From positions 13,578,001 to 13,642,000 of the forward strand of contig JAQFVV010000002.1 of NCBI GenBank assembly GCA_028023455.1: a stretch of 64,000 bases of DNA. Reading direction: 5' to 3'. The position numbers and the translations under genes are program-made. Below are positions 1 through 13,230 of the stretch, piece after piece. Under the pieces are notes generated by a model. It saw only the letters and a list, made by a program, of their open reading frames with translations, was not told the DNA's origin and made no database searches. The DNA comes from Epiperipatus broadwayi (Eukaryota > Animalia > Onychophora). Each line of letters starts with the position of its first letter. Positions within the stretch are counted from its first letter, which is position 1.

Positions 1-406
1 TTATTCCAACCTTTTTTCCTATTAGTTTTCATTCACTGAGACGGGACTGTTCATTATTATTAATGTATTCACAGTCATTAATAAGGTAACACTTATCAGA
101 TGCACAAACTTAATATGTGCTTCCTATAAAGAAGGGTATACAATATTGCAATTTTAATAAAAGCATATGCACTTGCTTATTCTTCTATAATCACTGATTC
201 AGTTAAAAAATAATCATACATATAGTATTAAATATTTATAGTTATAACTTTAATATATTTTATCAGTTTTTAATAAATATTATAATCATTGTTTATAATT
301 ACATTTTCTCATTCAATAATAGCAATCTAGTTAGCTCTTGAAAACCAATGTATAAATTATGTGGGTTTTTTTTTTTTTATTATTTTACATCAATTCTGGC
401 TAATAG

Positions 407-511
407 ATAATGAGCCTGGCATACATGAAGACTAAACTCATGTCAGATCTAAATAAGTATGCAAACAAGTTAGTCTGGACTCAAAAATCTTATGATGATT
501 TTGAATTTCAG
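407..511 (+). CDS. Candidate 105-nt exon of an unidentified gene (IMSLAYMKTKLMSDLNKYANKLVWTQKSYDDFEFQ)
   Basis: T-rich tract + taatag| acceptor, open frame 0, CAG|gttagt donor; product not recognised. Confidence 0.25.
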
Positions 512-659
512 GTTAGTAGTTTGATAATACAAAAAAAAAAAAAAATAGTTATTGAATAAAAAGTATATTAGATCCATAAATGCAGTCATATTAAATCCAG
601 ATTCAAAACTTCTCATTGACAAAAGCCTTAACCCAGAAAGTACTCTGGGATTATAGATA

Positions 660-852
660 ACACAGTACCGGATAGGATGTAATAAGCACTACATCTAACA
701 CCTACCGGCAGAACAGGATCAATTGATGAGTGCTGGTTCAGCACAAAATACATATATTGTATATCATTTATCTTTTTCACATGTATGTGGTCATATGTAT
801 CAGTTGTATAAGATGGAGTGAATAACTAAAGAGAGTTTAAAAGTCTGAGTTC
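660..852 (+). mobile_element. FamB hammerhead-bearing repeat, partial copy
   Basis: HHR-like motif 718-761 followed by the FamB tail ...tggtcatatgtatcagttgtata...aaagtctgagttc shared with the 42153, 46200, 59500 and 60330 copies. Confidence 0.75.
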
Positions 853-894
853 TATCTGTCAAATGAAAAGTAAATTTGATAAACTTTTTTTTTT

Positions 895-1780
895 AAAGAG
901 CGACATTGAGAAGGGTGTCCATTCTCCAAAACTTTTTACAGTGCTGCAAAAAGTATTTTGTGGATTAAAATGGGAAGCTAAAGGAGTGAAAGTAAATGGA
1001 GATTATTTAAGTCATTTAGATTTTGCAGATGATGTAGTTGTTTTTGCAAATAATGCTCTACAGCTGCAGGAAATATTGCAGAAGTTATCAGATGAAAGTA
1101 GGACTAAAAGATAAATGTTAAAAAGACTAAAGTAATGTTTAATGGATTTTCTCAAAATATGAAAATGAAGATTGATTATGATGAGTTAGAAGAAGTTAAC
1201 AACTATAAATATCTTAGTCAGATTATTAATACAGATAGAAACATAATAGATGAAATTAATCATAGAATTAAACTTGGTTGGAGTGCTTTTGGTAAAAATA
1301 ACTTGATACTAAAAGGAAATATGCCTATGTGTTTGAAAAAGGTTTTTAATAAATGTGTTTTACGAGTTCTTACTTATGAATCTGAGACTTGGATATTTAA
1401 TAGAAGAGCAATACAGACACTTCAGACCACTCAAAGAATTATGGAGAGATGCATGTTGGGAGTAACAAGAAGAGATCGAACAATACATGGGTAAGAGAAC
1501 AAACGGTATTACTGACCTCATTGAAAAAATTAAAAGACTAAAGTGGAGTTGGACTCGACATAATTCTAGAAAAGATGATAATAGATGGACAATTAAAATC
1601 TTAAACTAGATTCCAAGAGATTGTAAAAGACCCAGAAAGAGACTGCATGCGAGATGGATGGATGGATGAAATAAGAAAGTGCGCAGGGGTGATGTGGAGA
1701 AGAGAAGCTAAAGATCGGAGAAGATGGATTGAACTTGGAAAGACCTTCATCCTGCAATAAATGATAATGGTTGATGATGA
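895..1780 (+). mobile_element. RTE-clade LINE, 5'-truncated, degenerate RT C-terminal part
   Basis: EKGVHSPKLFT, LSHLDFADDVVVF, YKYLSQ, HRIKLGWSAFG, RIMERCMLGVTRRDR; tgatgatga 3' tail; same family as the 42334-45345 copy. Confidence 0.9.
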
Positions 1781-3189
1781 ATACGTAGTATAAATCTAAT
1801 TAAAATACCTTCTAATCATAAAAAAAAAAAAAAGGATAAAAAATTTTTGGAATTGATATAATTATTCTTTTTTTTTTTAAAAAAAAAAGTTACTAAAATC
1901 AGTCAGAAAAAAAGATTTAAATTATTTGAAAACTAATTATAATATAAAAGCAGAATTTATACTTTTAGGAACAGTTTTAATAATGTTACAACTTTTAGTA
2001 GCAGTGTTAGATCAAGTTCCAAAATAGAGATTTGATTTTTAACTGTGTCATCAGTAATTTTTTCCTACTTTTATTATATGTTTCGAAAAATCAGTTTTTT
2101 CCCCTAAATTTATTATGCATTAGAATGTTGACACTTTCCACATAGACATCATTATGTATATCTAAATATAACTTTGAAAACTGTCAAAAACTTTACAAAG
2201 GGTTAATAATTTGGGAGTTCTTTAATAATAGAAATCAAGACAGTGACTCATTCTGCTAAAGAAACATTTATTGTAAGATTAAGTAATCAATGTATACAAG
2301 ATGATGATATTATTATATGTTAAATGTATGCAGAATAGACATGATGATTTGTTAGTACAAATACATTTAACAATTTCCAAACAATGTAAAACATTTAAAT
2401 TTAAGCACTATATAGAGAACGATTTAAAGCATATAAATACAGTATATAGCAAAATTGTATCACATGACATTTCTAGCTGCACTTCTAGTAGTAATGCAAA
2501 CTATTGCTTTATTCTAAAATTTCATATATATGGTATCTAATTTATATAAACCAGATTAGATCTCCATGATACTCTAATTTATATAAACCGGATTAGATCC
2601 TCAAACAAGTTTTTGGCTATTGGCTTTCATTGACAAGAAGCAATGGGTAGCACTTAATTCATTCATGAACAACATTTTTCTTTTATGTTAATCAAACTAA
2701 TGACTTGAAATTTCACGTATTCTAAGATTTTAAATCCAAATCAAATTGCATATATAGTTATATACATCTATCATTAAGTAAGCAATTACATTTTACTAAT
2801 TTCAGATATATACTAATTGTAGAAATGTCAGGTTCTTTGGTAAAAAATAATTATATCAAACTGCATTATAATTCTTCTAACTTACATTTAGTATCTGCAT
2901 TAGCAGCAATAATCCACTCTATATCACTTTCCTCTAGATAGAGGATCAAAGGAAGTGATTAAAATGTATAGTTGCTGATCCAATATCAAACCTATTTAAT
3001 TGTAGAAGAAAAATGATCCCAGGATTGACCATATCATTCTAATCATAACTAAGTATTTGAAAACATTAATTTTGTAAAAAAAATATTGTAAGAAATATGT
3101 ATATGAAATGTTATGACAATAAACAAGCCAAAAAAAAAGGTAAATGTATTACCAGAAATGATTTAAAAAAAAAAAAAGATTGGATATTA

Positions 3190-4130
3190 TAGAATCTCTA
3201 CGAGACAAGATGGATGAGCTGTGAAGAAAAAAGTAAACAAAGCAATAAGAATTTTGCATTCTGGAAATTAAAGTAGTCATCTCCAAAACTTTTTATAGCA
3301 GTTTTACAAGAAATACTTTGTGAATTAAAATGGGGAGCTGAGGGAGTAAAAATAGAGATTATTTAAGTCATCTAGATTTCGCAGATGATGTAGTTGTTTT
3401 TGCAAATAATGCCTCTGAGCTTCAGGATAGGTTGGAAAAGTTATTTGATAAAACTAAGAAAAAAGGATTAAAAATAAATGCAAAAAGACCAAAGTAATGT
3501 TCAATGGATTTTCTCAGAAAAAAAATAATAAAAGATTGATGATGATGAATAGGAAAAATTAACAATTATAAAAACCTTGATCACATTATTAATATACATG
3601 AAAACATAAAGGATAAAACTAAGCATAGAATTAACTTGGAGAGAATACTTTTTTAACTTTATATTAAAAGGAAATATAACTGTGTTTGAAAAAGATTTTT
3701 TAACAAATATATGGATTGGAGACTTGAATACTTAGCAGAAGAGCAATCCAGAGATTTCATACCACTCAACGAAATATGGAAAGATGTATATTAGGAATAA
3801 CAAAATGGAACTGAAAATGAAATACATGGATGAGAGAAGAAACAAGTATCATTGACATCATTGAAAGAATTAAGAGACTGAAATGGAACTGGACTAGACA
3901 TATTTCTAGAAGAGATGGTAATAGATAGATAATTAAAGTTTTAAACTGAATCCCAAAAGATTGTCATGGACTTAGAAAAAGACCAAATATGAGGTGGATG
4001 GATGAAATAAGTAAGTTTGCTGGAATAATGTGGAGAAGAGAGTTTACACATCAGAGAAACTGGATTAAACTTGGAAATATTTTTATCCTGCAGTAGATTA
4101 ATAATGATTGAAAATTATGATGATGAATGG
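3190..4130 (+). mobile_element. Older RTE LINE fragment (same family)
   Basis: Colinear similarity to 895-1780 (catctagatttcgcagatgatgtagttg; gatggatgaaataag; tgatgatga tail) with many stops and frameshifts. Confidence 0.8.
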
Positions 4131-4179
4131 TATATTTCCAATAAATCTGTTTATTGTTTATATGTACATACTAACCAAT

Positions 4180-4247
4180 AAAATATAACACTTGTAAAAA
4201 AAATATAACACTTGTAAAAAAATATAACACTTGTAAAAAAAATATAA
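4180..4247. repeat. About 20-bp tandem repeat, ~3.3 copies (aaatataacacttgtaaaaa)
   Basis: Directly visible. Confidence 0.9.
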
Positions 4248-5099
4248 AAGTCATTATAATTGTTGGAAATTTTGGCTTGGATAAAAAATAAGAGAATTAA
4301 AAAAATGATAAATTATTGTAAAGAAAATATGAAAATGTTTAAACACCTCAAAAAAATTTACATATAGAAAGCTCTACAAGACAAAAAAAGATTTCACTTA
4401 GATTATGTTTTAACTCAATATAGGTTTAGAAATAATATTAGTAATGCATGCATATATCTTCAACTGATATAGATTCAGCTCATAATTTAGTAATGGTAGA
4501 ATTGAGATTAATTTTTATAATAAAAACTGAGATGAGAAATAGATCAGTGATAAATTTTTTTTTTAAAAAAAAAATCAGTTGGTGAATAAAAAAATAAGTA
4601 AAATTATAATAGTTTGATTGGTAAAATAAATTCAAATAATAGAACGAAATTATTCAAGTAAATTTTTTAAAATATTGCAATAGAGATAGTAGATTATATA
4701 AGAGCAAAAATGTTGGTCTTGGATTAGTAATGGCATAATAAAAAAAAGTGGAGAGAAGATAAAAAATGTAAATTCTACAGAATGCAAACATATGCACAAG
4801 CTTTAGCAGTGAATTGAGAAAAGAAACAAATAAAGATGAAAAGAAGGAAAATGTAAAGAAATAGAAGATTTTTTTATTTTATTTAAAAAAAGACAGATTT
4901 AATTTATAGTAAAATAAAACAGCTTGGATAGAAAAATAAAGGTTAAAAAAAAAAAAGGCAATTGAAGATAAATAAAGTAAATACATTGAAAAAATTGAAA
5001 GAAATATTAAAGTCTCATTTGATTACTTTACTTTAAAAAAAAAGTAATGTAGATAACAATGAAATAGGTTGCACAATAATGAACAAAATTATAAATGCA

Positions 5100-6150
5100 T
5101 TAACTAACACAAAAACTAAGTAAGGAAGGCTCAAGAAAGTAATGAGATTCCAGTTGAGTTTCTAAAGATTGTGAGGAACTATTGATATTTGTAATGTAAT
5201 TTGTTATCTAGGAGAATGAAATTTTCTTTTAACTGTTATGATTCCACTAGAAATAAGGCTTAATTCAATGAAATAAGGATTTTCTACCAACTAGTTTATC
5301 TACCATATATTTAGAATGCTGTTAGAGGTCTTGAATAGATACAATTCAAATAAATTAGACATATTCCCTCTAAAAAATCAATAAAAATTGTAATTTTAAA
5401 AAAAAAAGATGGATAAGATATAAATTTGGAGAGTTTAGAATCATTGTTGAGATATACAGAAGAAATTAATATCTATTTTATTAATCTTGAAATGTCATTT
5501 GATAAAATAAATAAGGCTTCTTTGTTGTATAATGAAAATGAATGATATATATTAGAAGATATTTATTGAAAAAATTATATTGTAAAATAAAATGTTTTTA
5601 TTTTTAGAAGAGGTGAAACAAGAAATGTTGTCTCTCTCTTGTTTTATTGTACAGTATATTTAGAGGAGTGTTAAATAAATGTTTTGATAAGGATAGAATT
5701 AGGAGAATTAATTGTAACATATTTTCCATGATATGGTGATGCTTACAGATACTAAGGCTGAATTAAATATTATTAGGAATTGACTATATTTATAGAAAAG
5801 TTGGAATAAAAAAAATACTAATAAAAATAAAACAATAAAAACAAGTAAAGAGAAAGCATTAGACAAAAATTTTGTGAGCAAGTTAGTGCTTTAAAATATT
5901 TAACTGAAGATGGAAATAACAATAAAGAAATTAGAATAAATATTGCAATGATTAAACAATCTTTTTTAAAAAGATAGGAAATTATTCTGTGGACTAATGG
6001 AATTAGATATTAGAAAAAGTCTTGCTAATTTGTTTGGAATATTGCTTTACATAAAGCAAAAGCCGAAATATTAAAAAAAGTGAGAAGAAAAAATAAGTAG
6101 CTTTAGAGCTTTGGATCTGAATGATATAAATGATGGAATTAGAAAGGTAA
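5100..6150 (+). mobile_element. Highly degenerate RT-encoding LINE (RTE-like, second family)
   Basis: Remnants of IPVEFLK, xLExxFDKI, GVKQ-type and LxFxDD-type RT motifs with frameshifts. Confidence 0.55.
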
Positions 6151-6154
6151 TGTA

Positions 6155-7520
6155 GAAAATCTTTAAATCATCACATGATCACTATTTCCTATACTTACGT
6201 AAACTATTTAAAAACAGCAAACTTTCCATATAGCAGGTCATCCAATGCAAGCCTTAGTAATCAATGGATGCAAGAAGATTTGTGCATAAAATCCCTACGC
6301 CAACATCTATACACTAAAATGTATAAATACTGAACTGAGTTCAGATCTATTGTGTTTGGGCTCATAACTTTATAATTAACTAAATAGATAAAAGGTGACT
6401 GCTGGTGGTTTGCAACAGATCCTAATATGCAACCCTCCAGTAACCACCTCATACCTATTTAGTTAACTATAAAGCTATGAGCTCAAGATGAAAATACAAT
6501 AATGTTTTCAATCCAGCTCATTCATTTATATAATCACATAGACTTGAACCTAGTTAAGTAGCTATACATTTTAGTGTCTTTATTTTTTTTTTGGAAAATC
6601 ACAATCACCATTATCCTATAGGCAGGAGTAGTACTGTAAGGAGAATTTTGCCTGTTTTAATGATTATTATTTATTATGCTTACACAAGCTGTTTAAACAG
6701 TAGCAAACTCTCTAAACAGTAGTTCTACCCAGTGCAAGCCTTAGCAATCAATGGATGCAAGAAGGTTTGTGCACAAAATCCCTACACCAAAATCTATACA
6801 TAAAATGTATATAAATACTGAACTGAGTTCAGATCTATATGACTATATAAGCAAATGAGCTTGGATTGAAAACATTATTGGGTTTCATCTTGGGCTCATA
6901 GCTTTATAGTAAACTAAATAGATAAGAGGTGGCTGCTGGAGATTTGCAACAGATCCTAGTATCTAAATGCAGTGCTCTCAGATCTAAGGCTCCTCATTAA
7001 TGAAAGCCACAAGCTAAAAACTAATCTCCAAGATAAAATTTGCACTGGATGGCACTACTGTATGGAGAGTTCACTATTGTTTAAACAGCTTATGTAAGCA
7101 TACAAAATGATGATCATGTGATGATTTAGAGATTTTACATCAATTCTTTCCATAGGATCCTTTTTTAAAAAACAGACAGCAAAATGTATAGATATTGAAC
7201 TGGGTTCAGATGTATATGATTATACAAGATGAGCTTGGCTTGAAAACATTGTGTTTTCATCTTGGGCTCATAGCTTTATAGTTAACAAAATTGATAAAAG
7301 GTGGATGCTGGAGAGTTGCATCAGATTCTAAGTTCTTGGTGTAGAATTCTCAGATCCATGGCTCCTCATTGATGAAAGCCAAAAGCCAGAAACTAATCTA
7401 GGGATACTAAATGAGTATGCACTAGATAGGGATTTATGCATAAATCTTCTTGCATCCCTTGATTACTAAGGCTTGCACTGGATGTCACTACAGTATGAAG
7501 AATTCACTACTGTTTAAAGT
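6155..7520. mobile_element. Cluster of about three FamA copies with inverted segments
   Basis: Minus-strand FamA tails (6155-6300, 6680-6790), plus-strand bodies (6328-6425, 6815-7140, 7190-7520) and a minus body (6426-6555); HHR-like motifs near 6990-7030 and at 7363-7404. Confidence 0.85.
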
Positions 7521-8697
7521 TAATGTAGAAATGTTAAAAAGAATAAATGGAAAAATAATTATTATTTTTGGGAACTTATGAATGAGAACCTGGACTAGAT
7601 GGATACTTAAGGACAAAGTAGTAGTATTAAAGATGGAAAGAAAAAAAATGTAAAAACAAAATGTTACTGATGATCATAAAAAAGAAAATAGAAAAATAAA
7701 GCAATAAACAGAAAGAATTTGAGAATGTAGCCTGATTTGATATGTGAAATCAGACTTCTGGCAAGTAAATGATAATGAAAATTATATTAGCATATTATTT
7801 GGAGGTTAAATTTCAAGTCATTAGTTTAAATAGTATTAAAAAAATAAAAGTGATTACTGTTCTTCAATAATAAAGGTTAATTAACAATCTAAAAATAATC
7901 TGGGACACTTATTGGCATTACCCTCTTCGTGTCCATTGACTTCTTATGCATACATAAGTAACTCTACATGTCATGAGGACTATCGCTGTTAAGCATTCCA
8001 ATATATGCAAATACATAATCGAGCAAATAACTTCGAATTATTAATATCCTTGATAGAATCGTTTGCTACTAACATGAAACACTTTCTTGGTTTAATAAAT
8101 TGAAAGGTAGGCACCTAAAAGTTTATACACACATACTTTAATTGTAGCACTGAATGTAAACCCATTAGTGATGTGTTTTTTTATTTAGTTTTAATTAGAT
8201 TAGTGATTATTTTTATTGAAGTGTTAATCATTAATTATATTCTTGGAGACCATTATTTCTGTTCACTTCAAAAGCCAGTGGGCGATGAAAAATATTTTTA
8301 TCATGAATGAATGCCGACATAAATTTAATCCCCATATACCGGGCCGATAATGTATTTACAGTAGTTTGTTTTAATTTCGACGAAACTAATCAGAAAGTGA
8401 CTTACTATATTAGCATTTAAAGATCAGCGCAAGATTACTAAGATCAGATTAAATGCGGACTTACTTTGGTAAAAATATGTTTTTCAGAAATCGTCAAATA
8501 ATTTCATTAAAAGTAAACTACCTCTTAACAATTATGAGAACCTAAATCATATTAAAGCACTCCGCTCTTTTAAATAATTCAGATAAATAAATACTGACAA
8601 CCTCTAGCAGGTATATTAACTTAATCAAATAAGTATATGTTGTAAAACATTTCTTCGAACTCTTACAAACCATTTTTTAAAAAAAGAGGATGCTTAC

Positions 8698-8892
8698 CTT
8701 TTGCGCTTTTTGCCAAACTAAATTTATCTTTTGCATTCGAAATGGCCTGTCCGTATTTTTGATATCTTCAATATTGGCAATATTAATATGTTTTGAATAT
8801 TTTCCTGCATTTGAATGTGAAACATGATAAATAACAGAAAGCAAAATAAAAAATAAAATAATTTTATTAATCAGAGCCATAGCCGCAGCCAT
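8698..8892 (-). CDS. LRPAP1: Exon 1 of LDL-receptor-associated protein (RAP, alpha-2-macroglobulin receptor-associated protein); 65 codons with signal peptide
   Basis: aaaaATGG start; hydrophobic N-terminus; GKYSKHIN and RPFRMQKINLVWQKAQK match the RAP N-terminal motifs (KYS.E.N; FRM.K.N..W.KA); phase-0 donor AAG|gtaagc at 8697. Exon 2 not found in window. Confidence 0.88.
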
Positions 8893-9575
8893 TTTTGCGT
8901 AAATACACTGCCATCCAACGGCAAAGTTATGAATAGTTGTTTATACTAATTCATTTAGTTTATAAATAACCATGTATGTACTCAAATAAAATTGCTTTAC
9001 TTGATAATCATTAGCATTTCTTTTATATTTAGTATTTTGAAATATAAATGAAATAATGGATTTTTACTCCCCCCTCCCCCGAAAATATTTTATGTACAAA
9101 TATAGAAGTTCATTAAATTAATATACGTATTTAAATATTAAGGCACACGCCCACTTTAAATTTGTAATTTTTTTTCTTCTAATAATTATTAAAGCTATTA
9201 ATTACGGCAAAGTTTCAAAACATTTTTCTCCTAAGTGAATAAAATTATAGTAAAACTCATCGCATTTCACTTTTAAGAGTAATCGTAACTTTTTGTAAAT
9301 TTAAAACATATATTTTTATAATTAATGCATAATTAAAAATATAATAATTATTACATTTTATTCTTTTATAAGAACATATAATTTGTGATTTTATGATTTA
9401 TGTTGACACTTTGCCAGCAGAAATTATGCATTCCTGCAACCTCGTGACTGGAACTGCTGCTAGAGTGCCATGGTAAAAAAGACGTGAACTGCTTAGTGCG
9501 CTAACGGTTTGTGCTCTATCTTTATTAATTGGGAGCAGTTCTTAGCTGTGTTTTACGTGCAATTGCTTTATAAGA
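8893..9575. promoter_or_regulatory. Putative bidirectional promoter / 5'UTRs between LRPAP1 and 4E-BP
   Basis: Divergent ATGs 683 bp apart; CpG-retaining region (about 7.9-10.3 kb) in otherwise CpG-poor DNA; GC-box-like cacacgcccac near 9145. TSS positions not determinable. Confidence 0.65.
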
Positions 9576-9717
9576 ATGTCACATAGTAATCAAAATCGGA
9601 AAGCGAGTGAAAGTCGCGACATTCCATCGCGCCGAGTCGTTTTAAATGATCCTTCGCAATTGCCATCCGATTATAGTACAACTCCTGGAGGGACTGTTTT
9701 CTCGACAACACCAGGAG
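9576..9717 (+). CDS. EIF4EBP: eIF4E-binding protein (4E-BP/Thor) exon 1
   Basis: [47 protein letters not shown](G): RAIP-like RDIP and both TP phosphosites; phase-1 donor G|gtaacg at 9718. Confidence 0.97.
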
Positions 9718-11539
9718 GTAACGCAAATTTTAACTGTATATTGAAATTTTCACATATTATCAAAATATTATTGGGTGAAGTAACGTAAAAAAAATGTTCA
9801 TACTTTCAATTTTTTATTTCGAGATCTTCATATGTGTCAAAATAGTGCCTAGTCTTCCAATGTACAATATGGCGGAAAGACCATGTGATTTTTGTTTTGA
9901 TACCTAATAAATTTAATATTTAGGTGATTTTTATTATATTTGAAACTAAATTATAATGATTTTAGTAAAATATTGTTTTAGCTTTAATTTGTCATTTTTT
10001 CCCATATATCATAAGGGTTGTAGTTTCTAAAAGTCATTGGTACCTCGTACTACAATTTTGAACGGTATTAATTTTTTAAACATGTATTTCATAGTATACA
10101 TATTGATCGTACTTTAATAGTTAATATTCTTTTTTTTTTTTGTAGTATGGAAATATATTTCATTATTTTTGAAAGGCAATTAATTTCTGTGGATTTTTTA
10201 AAATAAAATATACAATAAATGGTTGTTTTGAAAACAATGGCAAAATCTAGATTATATGCTGATGTTTTCGTTTCCAATTTCATGTTGATCTTATATAAAC
10301 ATGCCATTCAAACGAATGATTTGTTTAGCTTTAATTTTAATGTAAGAATATGTGTTAGGTTTGTCATCCTGAACTTTTCTGGTTGGTAGTTATAAAAAAA
10401 ATATTGTTAATGTAGTTTTAAGACTCAAATCGCAATAATTTTTATTTTATAAATAAAATGTTTTGAAGTTAATGTGATCATAAAGAAAGAAATGAAGAAT
10501 AGAATGGTAAAGAAAATATTAATATTTTTCAGTTTTACTATACTATGAATTTTTTAACTTCATTGATATCTAAATTTAATGATAAATTTTTATCTTATAA
10601 ATAAATAATCTAATTATCAAAATTCTGCATTTTTATATGATTAATATATATAAAAAAAATAAATCAGTAATATAAGTATGATTGGTTAGAACATCATCTT
10701 TAAATTTAATATTCATGCATCTGAAAATCACAATTGCACACCTCCTGCTAACATTGTCATTGGTCAGGCAGCAATACCTGAAAAAGAGAGAAGATTAATC
10801 CCACTTGAATCTATATGTTATTACTAATTAGTTGAATATATGTGAAAAAATATAAAGTTTGAATTTTTTAAAAAGCAACATTTCAACTATACATGGAAAA
10901 AGTCCAATATACATAAACAAATAAACGGCAAAGTATTATATACTATATGAAAATAAAACTGAAAAGTTTATATATTTAATCACAATTATGCAGCAAAAAA
11001 AATTAATGTCTAAGTAGATGCTATAAATGATTTTACATATAAATTCTGTATGAATTATCAATAAAATAAAATTCATCAAGAATATTTATAAAGAAGGTGA
11101 TGTGCAAGACCTAGAGATTTTTTGTCAAGTTTTTTTTTTTTTAGTTAATTTTGGAATAGCATGACTGAATAAACTTGCCTAAATCTACAGACTAACAGTT
11201 TATATGCTTTGAACAACACTATTATGCAGGATTCATTTCAAACTGATGCATGTTTGTTTTTTTTTCCAGAAAATTTAAAGTAAAAAAAATGTAAATCTGG
11301 AGGTCAATTAAATTAATTATACTTCATATCTCACTTTCATTAGCAACAACAGTACCACTATAAATGTATGGTCACTCCATCTCCAAAAGAAGAAAAAAAT
11401 ATATAAAATGACAAAAAATAATAATATATTAGAGATCAGTTTTGCAATAACTATACAAACCAATGTGAGTCAAAAGTATGTCCACATATAGAACATTATA
11501 GTCCATTATTCTGTTCATTATTTTGTTAGTTATCTTTTA

Positions 11540-13230
11540 ACTTTCATAGAAAACTTATTTTATGAAATGTCTCAACACTATCTAACTATAGGTCTCCAAT
11601 GTAGTCTCTGCGATATTTTCCCAGTGAAAACAGTCATTATAGCACCTCTCTAGAATATCCCTGAGATAATCTTTATAATCTGCCTCTTCCACAAAAGCCA
11701 TGCTCAGGTTTACCATAATACACCCTAAAAAGTTATTCTATTGTTCATTTGTTTCACATGTCTAATTCAACAAAGACATGATTTTACAGTAGTGGTATCT
11801 ATAGTATCACATTCAGCATTTTTAAGAATTCTTATTGGTCTTGTGATCTCACCATTGTATTTTCAAAATTTTATAGAGCAAGTAAATGAAATATTTCTAA
11901 TGTTATATCAATAGAATGTTCAAATTTCACTTCTATACAATAAGCTAAGTAAAATAATAGCTTTATATACAACTGATATAGTTGCAGTGGTTATTTCACT
12001 TTTTGTAATGTACTATCCTGTTAACTTGTTAAAAACAGCAGCAATACATTGGAGTCTCTGCTGCATCTTAACATATAATTCTACATTTCTACTGAAAAAC
12101 TATAAATTTAAATTGACTTAGATTTTTATGATGATATCCATTCAAATAAAATGTTGCTGAAGATTTTTTTTGCCATCATTAGCTAATAAAGAACTTAACA
12201 TTTTTGAACATTAGTTATTAAACAAAAATGTTTTATTCAAGCATGAAATTTGTTCTGTAGGTTGTTTTTTTAAACTAGCAAGGATATACTACAATCATCA
12301 GTATATTGTAAATCAAGATTCAAAGCTGAAGTTTTTGTTTTTACTTCTAATCAATTCAAATTAAAATTTTCACCATCAAATCTTTATTCTAATTTGATTT
12401 CTGATTCATTGAGTTGGCTATAAACAGTTCTAAAGATTATAGTCGTGAAAACTGAAAATAATGTTGAAGCAAGTTTATCATCAGTTTTCATTTCAAACTC
12501 TTCAGATTTTCCATTTGTAATAACACTTCTTTTCCTTCTTTCATGTAGAAGTTGTATAATAATAATAAATTTTGTTGGACAATTAATTAATTTCATATAA
12601 TACTGTAAATTTGTTTGATTATTTAAATCAAATGCTTTGATCAAATCAATAAAAGCAATATATAAATCATTCTTTTGTATGCAAAACTTTTTTTGCATTC
12701 GCCTAGCAACAAAAACAATATCTATAGTGCTTCTTGATTCCTAAATCAAGCACTGTAACTGGAAGCAACATGATCAACAAAATTCTTGAAAGTATCTTTG
12801 CTGTAGTGTATAATAATGATATTCCAAAATGATTACTACATTTTTATATATTCTTTTTATTTTTAAAAATTGGAAGAATATAAGCATCCTTAAGATCAGA
12901 CATTGCAACTTCATGAGTCCATATATTCCTAAAAAAAATTATATTTTTGAAGCTAACATATCATCACCATATCATAACAGAATCTATAGACTTTCCATTT
13001 TTAAGATTACAAATTGCTCATTTGACTTCCCTAAGCTGGGTATCTTTGTTCAAATATAAGTGAATAGATAAAATGAATATATCATTAAAAGTTATCTCAA
13101 ATCTTGTATTATTATTCAAGACAACCAAAACATTACTTCCATCTGTTCAAAATATTATAGCCGTCATATAAGAAAATGTCATTGATGGATTTAATAGGTT
13201 TATGATAATGTTTTTCAAGTCCACATTATT
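11540..13230 (-). mobile_element. Degenerate RTE (BovB-like) LINE
   Basis: Minus-strand remnants of STIDIVFVAR.QKK...DLYIAFIDLIKAFD, NLNxLEVKTK and YTDDC; a related scrap lies at about 10200-10310. Confidence 0.75.

Noticed and set aside
2886-2933. Minus-strand 48-nt exon-like segment (tctag|...|gtaagt; ESDIEWIIAANADTK)
   Set aside because: Not RAP-like, and out of phase with LRPAP1 exon 1 (frame 0 has a stop); such signals arise by chance in AT-rich DNA.
1-8697. LRPAP1 exon 2
   Set aside because: No minus-strand segment resembling the expected L....L..L..DLK..DK.EL sequence was found; it probably lies outside the window.
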